From contig OZ316893.1 of NCBI GenBank assembly GCA_973895155.1, positions 14,786,645 to 14,850,644 on the forward strand: DNA of 64,000 nt, given 5' to 3'. Under the pieces are notes generated by a model that had not been told where the DNA came from, made no database searches, and was given only the letters and a program-made list of their open reading frames with translations. Positions 13,335 through 24,759 of this stretch are shown here, piece after piece. This DNA comes from Marsupella aquatica (Eukaryota > Plantae > Marchantiophyta). The translations under genes and the position numbers were made by a program. Numbering within the stretch: position 1 is the first letter of the stretch; every line of letters starts with the position of its first letter.

Positions 13335-13559
13335 CATGTGGGATGAAGAAGCCCCGGGAGTAAGACCTCTATGACGTCCATATCTCTCGATATGTTGAGC
13401 ACACACATAAGATTTTTGAGAAATTTGGCCCACACATCTGGTGCAGTCACAAAGTCTTCGGGGTGGACCACGAGGACCGGTAACCTCGGGCTGAGGAGGA
13501 GGGGGTATATCGTCATCGGAGGAGTACTCACTACTGGATAGTTTAGAGGAAAAGGACAT
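13335..13559 (-). CDS. CACTA exon 1 with a transposase-associated Zn-ribbon-like motif (CxCxxC...H)
   Basis: MSFSSKLSSSEYSSDDD...RRLCDCTRCVGQ...CAQHIERYG; phase-0 GTAAGT donor at 13334. Confidence 0.65.
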
Positions 13560-13664
13560 ATCCACTGCCACATTACATTGCATGTAGGGCATGATTAGGA
13601 AAAATTAGGCCATATATAAAGCAATTTTTAAAAAAATGAACTCAAAAAACAATTAGGTTGGTTT

Positions 13665-14720
13665 ATACATGGGGTTTTATTACCCTTTATATTTGTTAGC
13701 ATGAAACCCAAATTAAGGTGAGTGTCATGCAAGAAGAAACCACATTATAACCTTTGGGAAAATTGTAATACCCTATGTCCTAAGTGAGGTTAGATTATTA
13801 CCTGAATGAGACCCGGGCTCAACAGTGCCTATAGGTCACGTGGCTTTTGGAACATTTGCCAAATCTAGAAGTAGGAGGAAAATACTGGAAACAAAATGTA
13901 AGTTTGGATGGTAATTAGCAGCCGTCAAGTTGTGGAATCTTAGACATTTACCCATATATATCATGGCACAACAAAGAAGGGCAAGCATAAAAATTTGTAC
14001 TAACAACATTGACTGTATACATGATGTTATACCTTTTATATGCCCGGGTTCCCACAATGCATATGCATTAGACAAAAGTTGAGGTAGTAGTGCTGGCCCT
14101 GCGTTGTATCATGATTACATGGGTTTTCCCCTCAATTGTTAGCATAAAACCCTAAACCCTTATCCCTCCTCGAGTGAAAGGTGAGTGTCATGCAATAAAA
14201 ACCCACCCTAGACCCCTAGGAAAACTCTAAAGGTCTAAGCCCAGAATGAAGTTGGACAATTACCTGAATGAGATCAGCACTCAATAGTGCCTGTAGGTCG
14301 TGTGGCTCAATGAACATGAGCTGAATCTAGAAGCACGAGGAAAATACTGGAAACAAAAAGTAAGTTTGGATAGCCATTAGCTTCTCTCAAGTTGTAGACC
14401 CCCAAACATGTGCATATACATATTCTTGCACAACAAAGAGGGGCAAGGTTTATGAACAATCTCTTTATCAAACCCTGCTAACATACATGTTTAAATATAC
14501 CTTTTAGATGTCCGGGTTCCCACAATGCATATGCATTAGACAAAAGTTGAGGAAGCAGTGATGGTCCTGCACTGGATCATGATTACATGGGCTTTCCCTC
14601 AATTGTTAGCATAAAACCCAAAACCTCATCCCGCTTCAAGTGAAAGGTGAGTGTCATGCAATAAAAACCCACCATAGACCCTTGGGAACTCTAAAAGCGT
14701 AAGCCAATGAAGTTAGCAAA
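13665..14720. repeat. ~465-bp tandem duplication (about 2.2 copies) between the divergent CACTA genes
   Basis: ggtgagtgtcatgcaa at about 13718, 14180 and 14647; ggttcccacaatgcatatgcattagac at about 14047 and 14515. Confidence 0.8.
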
Positions 14721-15349
14721 AACCTAAAGGGTCAATTCCCTTCAACCATCCTATGCTTCTCTCTACCATAATTATATGTCACCCCTCTTGGTTACCCTCC
14801 TAAGATACCATAAAAGTAACCCAAGATACTATAAAACTGAAACCTCTCTTTCAAACCCTCCTAAGTTGGCCTAAACCCCAAACCCAAAACATAAAACCCC
14901 TCCTAGCTCTTACCTTCCAATACATATAACCCCAACCTTCATAAATAAAACCCCCTGCAAACCCAAAACATAAAACCCCTCGTATCTAAGCCAATCTAAG
15001 CCCAACCTTCACAAAAGAAACCCTCCCCTAACCAGGCCAAACCCCCTCCTCTTACCCTCCAATATAACTCCTTCAATTTTCTAACCCCCCGATCCTTATC
15101 TGATCACATCCCACTAAAATGCAACATAATCCTCTACTTCTACCCCATTTAATGTTCATAAGCCCCCTTAGTATCCCTAACAATACATCAAATACGCATG
15201 CGAGACGGGGGTTATGGCAAAACCAAATAGCAAAGGCGTTTGCGAATCCTGAAGCTTCGCAAAGATTTCATTTGCGAAGCTTTTTGCGAAGGCAGATGCA
15301 TCGCAAATTGCGATGTGAAACGAATCGCAAAGCCTAATATTTTGAATCC

Positions 15350-17570
15350 TTATGGATTGCCAAGCGCGGACAAGGCGGATTCAGTTCATTCAGGCCTGAG
15401 GAGAGCAACGAGGGCAAGGGCGGAGCGATGGCGAGCAAAGAGGGGACTGGTGGTGATGGAGGAGCTTCTGGCAGCAGCGGAGGCAACCGAGGGGGGGGGG
15501 GAATCGATTGAAGGCAATTGTGGATGAGCATTTTTCGGTTGCACAGTTGAGTCAAATTGATTTCAGCAGTCCAGCAGGGCTGGCATCATTGAGTGCCCTT
15601 CTGGGCCAAGCCTTGCAAGCAGGTCTCACTATAGGGCAAGCAACAGTAGAGGAGGATGCAAGGAAGGCAGCAGAGCAGGCGGCTGCTGAGAGGAAGCGAA
15701 AGAGGGACGAGAGAGCTCAGGCTAGAGTGCTCTCGCCTCAAGCATTGGAAAAGAAGAGGAGGAAAGATGAGAGAGACCTGATCAGGAAATAGAGGGAGGA
15801 GCAAAGAAAGAAGGAGGCAGCAAGGAGGAAGATGCCTCTTATTACTTTAGAGGATGAGGGGATTCCCACCGAGCTTGCTTACAATGGGGCCAAGAGCACA
15901 ATCAGGCACATTGTATCCACAAATTTTGCAAGAGGAGTCGAGTGGGGCACTCACTCAAAGGCAGAGTAGAAGCGAGTCATCAATCAGGTGAAAGATGCAT
16001 TTCGAAATGGAGGAGAGATGGATTCACAGTGGCTTGCTGACAAAATTTCAAACTCCATGTCACAAGCTAGATACCATGATAGAATGAAGATCAGGTCTCA
16101 CCTTAGAGATTTGGAGGAGTATAGGAATTTGCAGAGGCCGCTGCAATTCTCAGAAGATATCTGGCAGGCCTTCTACCAGACAGAGGTGAAGTTGAAAGCA
16201 GCCAGGCTCCTCAATGATTTCACAGAGAAGCTGGCAAAGGCTTGAAGGGCAAAGGAGGCCGGGAAGTCTGACCGAGACCTGAAGGTGATGGAGCAGAAGG
16301 TAGCCCAGCTCCAATAGGTTGTAGCAGAAGTAGGCGATCCACCCAACAAGTTCCTGAAGGCAGTTGAGCGAGTCCGAGACAAGCCCAACATCACCCACAG
16401 GCTGGGTCAAGGTGGCCTCCCTGGCCTCAAAGCAGCATTTGTGAGTGCACCTCCCTCTCCTCCCTTGACTTCTTGCTACTCCAATTCCTATTCCAACACA
16501 CTTGCAATGAGCCAACTCTTTCTTGCATTTCCACCAAGTAGTTACAATTAGACTTGTTGTGTAAGATTAGGTCACGTACAGTTGCTTCCCTCTCGGGGTT
16601 TTGCCATGACAGAGTTTGCGATGCATTTGCGATGCGAGTAGCTTCGCAAATCCTCCACAAACCTTATTATATGCCTTTTTTTTGCTTACGTTTGCGAAGG
16701 CGTTGCAAAGACGTTCGCATCGCAACAAGCTTTGCAAACATAATTGTCCTTATGATTGCAAAGCTGACGCCTTCGCAAAATTTCAAAAAATTGAATTTTT
16801 AAATTTTCCGGTCGTTTAAGTGTTCTTTGAGGGTCTTCCCCATATATGCCACCCTCCATAAACCCAAAACCTTGATGCACCACCCCACCAGCCCCAACAA
16901 ACCCCCTAATTTTTAGAAGCCATGTGAATCGGGTTATGGGTTGGTGTTAACCCAATTGTGCTGGTTTTGTTTTGGCTTAGTACAAGAGGTACAAGAGGAA
17001 GATTACGGCGGCTGAGATGGAGGTGGGCCAGAAACATGGGAAGGAGCATCTCTTTCAGCAAGTTGATGAATTACTGGTGAGCATTTTTAGGTTATTACAT
17101 TCATTGCAATTTTGAATGAATATCTCTTTTGTTCACACTTGTAAAGAATATGAGACTAACAAACACCCTGGTTTGCTAATGGAAGCAGGGAGGGGAGGAT
17201 GGTGACTCCCATACCGAGGGTGGCACCGATAGTAGTGATGAGGATGTGGAGGGGACAGGGGAGGGGAGCACATCTCCTGCTACTCAAGCCAGGCCAACTA
17301 GCACTGGAGACCAGTCATTTGCATCAGCACGTTCCAGTGGTGCTGGGGGTGGTAGCACGGCAAGCCAGGGCGGTGGAGGTGGGGATGAGGACGAGGATGA
17401 GGATGAGGGTGACCAAGAGGACGAGGAAGTCCAGGTTGCACCCCCCCAAGAGCATGCAAGGGCAGGGAGAAGGCCAAGGGGAAGAAGGCAAGGAGGGGCA
17501 GGAACACTCCTTTCTAGCTCTATGTAGACAGGTTGTAGCTAGAGCACTTACATTGAGTTCACATGCATAG
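15350..17570 (+). pseudogene. CACTA second gene (TnpA/ORF2-like), multi-exon, divergent from the transposase
   Basis: Continuous protein-like frame 15500-16440 through TAG/TGA stops, ending HRLGQGGLPGLKAAF|gtgag; further exons near 16980-17076 and 17190-17570 with an acidic D/E tail; start uncertain. Confidence 0.6.
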
Positions 17571-17769
17571 CGACCAGCATGCATGGCCGTGGCGCTTTAG
17601 CTAAGGGTTTTTACCCTTCCATTTTGTAACTTTTGTACTTTTTCAGTAATGCCATTTTAATTGCGGCAGACTGGGTCAACATCACTTTCCTCCCTCCTTC
17701 AAAACCCATGAATGGTCTCCCTCACCCTCACCCTAACCCAAATACACAAAAACCCATAAAAAATACATT

Positions 17770-18290
17770 TTGCGAAGCTTTTGAGAACCAACCCCCATCT
17801 CAAAGAGCTACGGCGAACGTATCGCAACAATTCCGAGAACAAAAGCATCGCAAAGCTTGCAATGTTGTCTACATCACAACCCTAGCAAAGACTACCTCTC
17901 CGCACATTTGCGAGTTAAATGCCTTCGCAACAAAGCGGTCATCCAATTTTTGCAATCTTGCGAGTTAGTTTGCATTGCAAGTTATAGAGAAATTCAACAT
18001 CGGAAATTGCGATGTAAATGTTATCGCAACACGAGCGATCCATTTGTTCTCGCAAAATAATGAAATTGGTCGTTTCTCAATATTTGCAAGGATAATGCCG
18101 TCGCAACGTTGCGGAGATGTTGCGAAGTATTTAGAATCACAAGTTGCGAAGTAGTTGCGAAGGGCCGTTTGCGAAGGATTTAAGATGGGAAGTAGCGAAG
18201 ACGTTGCGATGCGAGTAAGTTTGCAAAGTGGGTATTTTGGATTTTGTTTCCTTTATATGATGCGAAGGGTGACGGTTCGCAAAAGAGGTG
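17770..18290. repeat. CACTA right subterminal repeat cluster (TTGCGA/TCGCAA)
   Basis: Dense motif cluster next to the right TIR. Confidence 0.8.
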
Positions 18291-18308
18291 CATAGTGTTG
18301 TAGTGTTA

Positions 18309-19932
18309 CCAGTCTGATTCTTAAAAGTGGCAAAAACATCAGACTTATTGTGTAAAAAGTATATCCACACATACCTTGAGTAATCGTCAATGAACGTGAC
18401 ATAGTATAACCGTCCAGAATGTGAGGGAGTAGGGGCTGGACCCCACACATCACTATGTACATACTCAAGTACCTCCTTGCTGGTGTGTGTTCCAACTCCG
18501 AAGGGTTTCCTTTGTTGCTTCCCTAGCACACAATGCTCACAAAATTCCAACTTACAAGATTGCAAATTAGAAAGTAATCCTTTCTTCTGAGGAATAACCA
18601 AACTTTTTTCACTCATGTGGCCCAAGTTTATGGAAGTGCCCGTCTCCTCATGAGATAAGGTTACATTGGCTTCATCACATACTACTTTGCCCTCCAAAAC
18701 GTATAGATTGCAATGTCTCTTTCCCTTCAATACAACTTTAGTACCAGTTGAAACCTGAAGGACACCATTAGCAAAACTCCACTGATGGCCATTTGCCTCT
18801 AAAACTCCAAGTGAAATGAGATTTTTCATCATGCTAGGAATATGTCTCACATTCTTCAATGTTCTCACAGCACCATCAAACATCTGAAATCTTACAGATC
18901 CAAGTCCAACAACTTGACATGGGATTCCATTTCCCATCAACACTGACCCATTGGAAACCGTGTAAGAATTGAAACAATCTCTTCTAGAGCAAATGTGAGA
19001 AGTACATGCACTATCTAGAATCCAGTCATCACTACCTGGATTTGACACTACGTTGAGAGGATAACTTTGACATCACAATATGTCATCATCATCGAGTAAA
19101 TCTACCTCATGCGAGCTCGATGTTGCGCTAGCAGAGGCAGTAGGGACCTTTACTCGACAATCCCTTTCATGTGGCCTAGCTTGCCACAATTCTAACATGC
19201 AAGAGGCTTCCTCTCTTGCAATTTCTCTCTGGATTTAGATCTCCCCCGTGATGTAGATCTAAACATGTTCTGCCTATTCGAGCGTTGTGCTGCTCTTCCC
19301 CTGTTCATATTGAGCGCAGTGCCAAAAGAAGATGCTGTCTATGATTGACCCAACTTCTTCTGAGCATCATCAGACAGTAAAGAGCTCACCACCTCATTAT
19401 ACAAAATGGATTTCAGATCTCTGTACAAGAGCACCTGTTTCAAGCCCTAATATGACGGCGGTAAGGAGCTTAGCAGAAGCAAGGCCTTATCCTCATCTTC
19501 AACTTCTTTTCCCAGGTTTGATAGATCCACCGCTAGACTATCAAATTCATCCAGATGATCCTGCATCTTGCTCCCTTCCTTGAGCCTGAGGCTCATCAAG
19601 AGAGACTTTTTGATAACCGGTCTGACGCATCTTCCCGGTAGTACTTCTCTCTTAGAGCCTTGAACAGTGACGCACAATCCGCATAATCATCCAGCTGCTT
19701 GATGATGTGCGGCTTGAGATATAGCATCACTGCATTGACAGCAATCACCTGCTCCTGTCTCCATTGTCTCACAGAAATCTCCTCCTCTCCATCATACTGC
19801 TCTCACGATGAAAGTAGATGAGCTAAGCCCATGGCCCGTAGAACACCCTTCACTTGCTTCTCGCACAGCATGTAATCAGTACGACCATCGTACTTCTCCA
19901 CCTCAAACTTCACTCCTCCAAATCTAGCCATC
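18309..19932 (-). pseudogene. Copia A gag, protease, GAG-pre-integrase and integrase N-terminus (frameshifted)
   Basis: VKFEVEKYDG, EDKALLLLSSLPPSY, WILDSACTSH, LGHMSEK, CEHCVLGKQ, LEYVHSDVWGP, YYVTFIDDYSR. Confidence 0.9.
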
Positions 19933-21564
19933 TCCATCTTCTTCCCTACTACCGACAGCTTTGGTAGTAGTACAACTTCCTCCACTGCACGCCGCACCAG
20001 TGATCTTACCAGTGTCACAAGTTCCTCCTCAAACGGTAGCAGCTCCTCCTCAGACTCACCGTCTGATCATCGCGATCCTGAAGCTCCACCGACGCCAATT
20101 CTTCCAGTATCCTCCGAGTCACTCATATGAAACAATCACGAAAAAACATTTTTTTTTAAACTTCTCATAAAACTCAACACTCAACACCGCCGCGTAGCCT
20201 ACGAAGCTAGGAATCAAAATTCAACGGAAAAGTTATTCAAATTTTGGCCGGGGTGGGTAAAACCTTGGGAAACTCCCCCGTTTTGACCACCTCGGAGAAT
20301 AATCAAAATACCCAGTACAACCCGTCGAAGGAATCGCAATGTGATCCGTGCGCCGCGTTGCTAACTCCAGTGGCAACGTCCGTGTCGAAAAAGAACCAAA
20401 AAAGTTACCGTTCGGTGGATGGAATCTTTGTCGGACGGCCAAAAAACAGCTCTCTGTTTTTCGGGAATATTCCTGCACAGTCCGACAGGTCTCATAGGGG
20501 GCCGTTCCCCCTGTCCAAGCGGTTAAAATGCCGGGTCACCGATCCTGGGAAAGCCAATTTGAAGAGCCGGGGAAAAAGGGTTAAAAATAGGGCTCTAAAG
20601 GGGGTGCAAAGCCCCTTATGACCCAAAAATATGGACCCTATATAACGATCGGGAGTACGCGGGCAGGGCGTATGAAGGGGTGAACAGGGAATGGCAGCGG
20701 AGCAGCTACGGCTGCATACGCAGCCTAATACAGGTTCGGGGGGGGGGGGCCAAACGGCGCCGTGCGCCGGGGAGGGGCGCCGGCGCTCCCAAGTGTCGCA
20801 AAGGTTTTAAAGGGGGTAAAAAAATGGCGTGTGTATAAACACGAAAAAATCACCCTATAGTAACCTAAAAAAGGCACCCAAAGTAAAAGAAAAGCCCGGT
20901 TACACACCTCGCCGCCGTTTCCAATGAGAAAACAAAAAGTTACCGACGGGATATGTTGCCGAATCACACCGGCGCCGTCTGCTACTCCAGCACTGTAAAA
21001 ACTTCCGTTGTGTCACCTTCACTCCGCGTCAAGTGCCAATCCCGGGCTCAAAACAATCACCTCGCCGCGATCAAACCATTGAGCCGTAGCACTTCGCGTC
21101 TCTTCCACTGAGTCGGACATCACGAAGAGAAACCCGGTTCAGATGTGAACAAGCTCCATAGCTTGTGAAAAAACCTGGATGCCTCCTTCACTCGTCACGA
21201 TGTACTCGGTAACAACTCGACAGCAATCCAGCTACCGAAACGACCAGCTCGCATCACCCTTCAACTTGAGCTATAATGTGCGATCCCCCGATCACCGCAA
21301 AGCTCACACCGTTGAAAAACACAAACTCTGGTCTCTCCCCCGAAATATCATCGAACACGAATAAACCCTGAACAACGCAAACTTCAATTCCTCCGCATTA
21401 CGGATACCGATCAGCGAGTTCTAACCACCGTTAGAAAGCCCTCTCACTAACCTATCCGCACAGCCACACACATTCGAGTTTCATGCGACGAAACTCCGAA
21501 TGTGCCACCGACAATGAACGCTGGAAAAACCTGTCACAAAAAAACCTCGTCACCTCCCAGGCAT

Positions 21565-21576
21565 GCTCTGATACCA
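21565..21576 (-). promoter_or_regulatory. Primer-binding site (initiator tRNA-Met)
   Basis: Reverse complement reads TGGTATCAGAGC, 2 nt inside the LTR. Confidence 0.9.
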
Positions 21577-21578
21577 CT

Positions 21579-21911
21579 TGTTGAGCATAGACGACATTCG
21601 TAACAACAAGCCCATGAACCATCCAACGCACAATAGTCGACACAGAGAGATACGTGGTTCACCTCCACATGAGGCTACCTTCACGGGAATACACAAGAGC
21701 TTTACTGCACTCTAGGCCGACCGGCCATACCAAGCATCCACAACACAAGCTCTCCCTATCTCTCAACTAGCTCTGTAACAATGAGCCTAGGTCTGGCATC
21801 AGCCCTGGCTATATACACAACAGCACTACCGCTAACATTAGCTAAGCCCTAACCCGAGTTAGACTAACTGTGGTTAGCTCATGAGTCACAAGACTAGAGC
21901 AATATCTAACA
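21579..21911 (-). repeat. LTR shared by two tandem Copia A units (5' LTR of the first, 3' LTR of the second)
   Basis: PBS on its left and PPT plus RNase H end on its right; differs from 99-442 by an 11-bp indel and a few substitutions. Confidence 0.9.
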
Positions 21912-22231
21912 AACTCCCCCTTGACTCTTGTCTTGGGGACTGGACTAAATGCTACCATATGGAATCCTCAGCGGGAAGTTCTAGACAATCACCAAACCAG
22001 GTCTCCCCCTAAAAACCACACGGGTTAACTAAGGGTTAACTAGAACTAAGCCGTAGCCATACAGGAATGAGTAATCCATATACAAATTATAGTCACACAT
22101 TGCTAAATAACTCTACTTGCACTACAACTGCAAAACCTGCAAAGTAGCACGGTGTCTTGAGAAACTCTCTAAAGGAATCACTTTGGTAAAGGCATCAACG
22201 GGATTGAGCTTTCCATCAATCTTGACTAGCT
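21912..22231 (-). mobile_element. Truncated second Copia A unit (PPT, 3' UTR, RNase H C-terminus)
   Basis: Repeats 443-759; LVKIDGKLNPVDAFTKVIPLESF; breaks at 22231. Confidence 0.9.
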
Positions 22232-24037
22232 TACGGTTTTGAGGCCGTACGGACGTCCGTACGGAAGGAGGTCCCGGCTTTGCAAGGGAAGGAGGAGGTA
22301 GTAGCACATACGAGGAAACCGTGATCCGTGTTTTGCAAAGCCGGGGGAAACGTGTTGTACGGACGAAATGAAGGTAGACGGTGCCCTGTAAAAACTTAAA
22401 CGATCATATCTTGGCCATTTGACCTCCATTTTGTGCACCGTTTATGGAGTCGTGATCAGGAAGAGGAGGGCTCCTCAGATATGTTTTCAGAAATGAAATC
22501 TGAGAAAATTTTAGTTTCGACAATTATAGGGGCCCCCTCCTTTTACAACGAACCGGTGGTGGCAAACAGGAGGATCGAGGCTCAAGCCAAGGCACCGTGA
22601 GTGAGGAGGAGGAGGACTGATGAGGAGACCAACTCACGGGGCTCAAGCCAAGGCACCATGAGTGAGGAGGAGGAGGACTGATGAGGAGACCAACTCACGG
22701 GGCTCAAGCCAAGGCACCGTGAGTGAGGAGGAGGAGGACTGATGAGGAGACCAACTCAAGGGGCTCAAGCCAAGGCACCGTGAGTGAGGAGGAGGAAGAC
22801 TGATGAGGAGACCAACTCACGGGGCTCAAGTCAGGGCACCGTGAGTGAGGAGGAGGAGGACTGATGAGGAGACCAACTCACGGGGCTCAAGCCAAGCACC
22901 GTGAGTGAGGAGGAGGAGGACTAGGGTAGCCATACGGACCTATCGTACGACTTCTGGATTTTAAATTTTTTTGGAAGGGTGCAATCACGGGCTTGTTGGA
23001 AAGAGCTTGCGGAGCTAATTCCAACAAGAGGCGGCGCTCCTCAAACGGAGCCAGGATGAGTAAGTTAGGGCCCGGCGAAGTTGGTAAGTAAATGATATTG
23101 AAACGGCCATAACTTGGTCGTTTGGTGTCCGTTTCGAGAGCGGTTTTGTGATTCATGATCAGGGGGAGTAGGGCTACCCAGGGGTGAGCTCAGAGGTGCA
23201 ATCGGAGTGGCACCTAGTTTCGGAAATTATGGGGTCCCTTGCATTTTTTGCGGTTCACGAAGTGATGTTGGGGCACCGTCGAAGGCACCATCGGTCCCAT
23301 TGTTAGATTAGGGTTTTAGGAGCATGTGTGTGCCGCATGCTTTAGAATTAGGGATTTTCTTGTGTGAAAGTTTATGCAGGGTTTTAGCGGCACCGCTAGG
23401 GTGGCCGACACCATGGTGATCCCGTGAGGGGTGCTTTGGTGTGTTTTTTCAGTATTTAGGGGGAGAGCCCCGGAGTAGTGAGGGGGGGAACTCAGTCTAG
23501 TGTTTGCTTAGGGAAGTTAGCTCATAGCCAGAAGAGGGAATCAAGCCAGAGTAGTGAGGTAGAGGTCTAGCACTTGCCCCAGTGAGGCAGTAGTTGGGCA
23601 GACGGCAGGAGGCCGGGTTCTCCTTGCAATGTGTTACAACATTTTGCCAAAAGATATGGATTTGGTTTGATTCCTCAAGTTTTGGTGTGGTGTTACCTTT
23701 TTTGGTTCATGATTGTGTTCTTTCCCCAAGAAGCGTCTAAGGAATCCTTGCACGGTTTGGTCAACCATGTGAGTAGGAGGGGTGGTGACAGCACTCCATC
23801 GACGACCAATAGGAGTGTGTGTGTGTGGCATAGTCCATGGGACTTGATCAAAAGCAAAGCGGCTAGTCAGTAGACTTGATCAAAAATTACATTTCCGGGA
23901 GCGGAAATAAACATACTCATCCTACATGCAATAGAATCCTAATAGCGTCCCTCCATGTTCCCGTCATACGATAACAAATGATTTTAGTATGAGTAAATAC
24001 GTATTTGTCATGTAAATCGTTTGATAAGCAGGTGACA
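22232..24037. mobile_element. Truncated inverted relative of the 6855-11210 LTR-like element
   Basis: About 22862-24037 is the reverse complement of about 6855-8010 and ends in ...gcaggtgaca. Confidence 0.85.
22579..22922. repeat. 61-bp tandem repeat, about 5.7 copies
   Basis: ctcaagcc-type unit starts at 22581, 22642, 22703, 22764, 22825 and 22886. Confidence 0.95.
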
Positions 24038-24049
24038 TGACACCCATGT

Positions 24050-24354
24050 GACTTCTTGTATTATTCTCCCTTAGATCTCGCTGATCAACCCATTGGCTTT
24101 CTTAGTTTAGAAAAACTAATATTAACTAGCCAGTTACCTAGTTTAGTGGTTCTGTGGATCATTCGTATACTTTTGTTGTGAATCAGATTGAGTCACATCA
24201 CGGCTTAGCCGTTATGGTGTTCATGCCGACCCTGAGCCCTTTTGTATTTAACATCTCCCTGATGGTTTGAGCCTAGAAATGGTGAGACTTCAAACCATTT
24301 CTAGGCTTCGGATTTTACTAATTATGATGAAACATTTGCTCTAGTTGTCCATTG
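24050..24354 (+). mobile_element. Remnant of old Copia element D: end of the 5' LTR plus an RT fragment
   Basis: 24050-24253 matches 44851-45075; YDETFALVVH just before the Sola-like insertion. Confidence 0.75.
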
Positions 24355-24404
24355 ATCAGCCTATGCATTAAAAGTGTATTTTCTTTTGTTCACAAATCAG
24401 TCTT

Positions 24405-24495
24405 GAAATGTACACTTTCATGTCCCCAAATGTACACTTTAAGAAACCCAAATATACACTTTTTGGTCCCTAAATAAACACTTTATAGGCCAAAT
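24405..24495. repeat. Left subterminal AAATGTACACTTT repeats of the Sola-like element
   Basis: 4 degenerate copies. Confidence 0.75.
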
Positions 24496-24759
24496 CATAT
24501 TATTATTATATTAATAAGTAATACATATTATATCATTTATTGATTCACAAAGAATAATAGGATAGAGATCATTATTTATTAATTCACAAAGAATAGTAGG
24601 ATAGAGATCATACTTATAAAAACATTTCAGCACAAAGAAACCCTTGAATATGTGTGAACAAAATGACATAACTCCAAATAGATTATAAAATAATATACAA
24701 TTATCTCCAAATTTACAATGTCTTTCTTCTATCTAAGGGGCTTAACATGAGTCAGATCT

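Larger units (their letters stand above)
3076..18305. mobile_element. CACTA (En/Spm) DNA transposon, about 15.2 kb including a nested 4.36-kb insertion
   Basis: Termini CACTAC... and ...GTAGTG; TTA TSD at 3073-3075 and 18306-18308; removing it restores the Copia integrase frame KNQTGNKVRYLRSDNGGEY; dense TTGCGA/TCGCAA subterminal motifs; Tnp2-type transposase. Confidence 0.95.
99..21911 (-). mobile_element. Ty1/Copia LTR retrotransposon (Tork/Tnt1-like), degenerate, interrupted by the CACTA element at 3076-18305
   Basis: Two TG..CA LTRs (99-442, 21579-21911); tRNA-Met PBS at 21565-21576; PPT at 443-454; gag-PR-INT-RT-RNaseH motifs on the - strand in Copia order. Confidence 0.95.
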
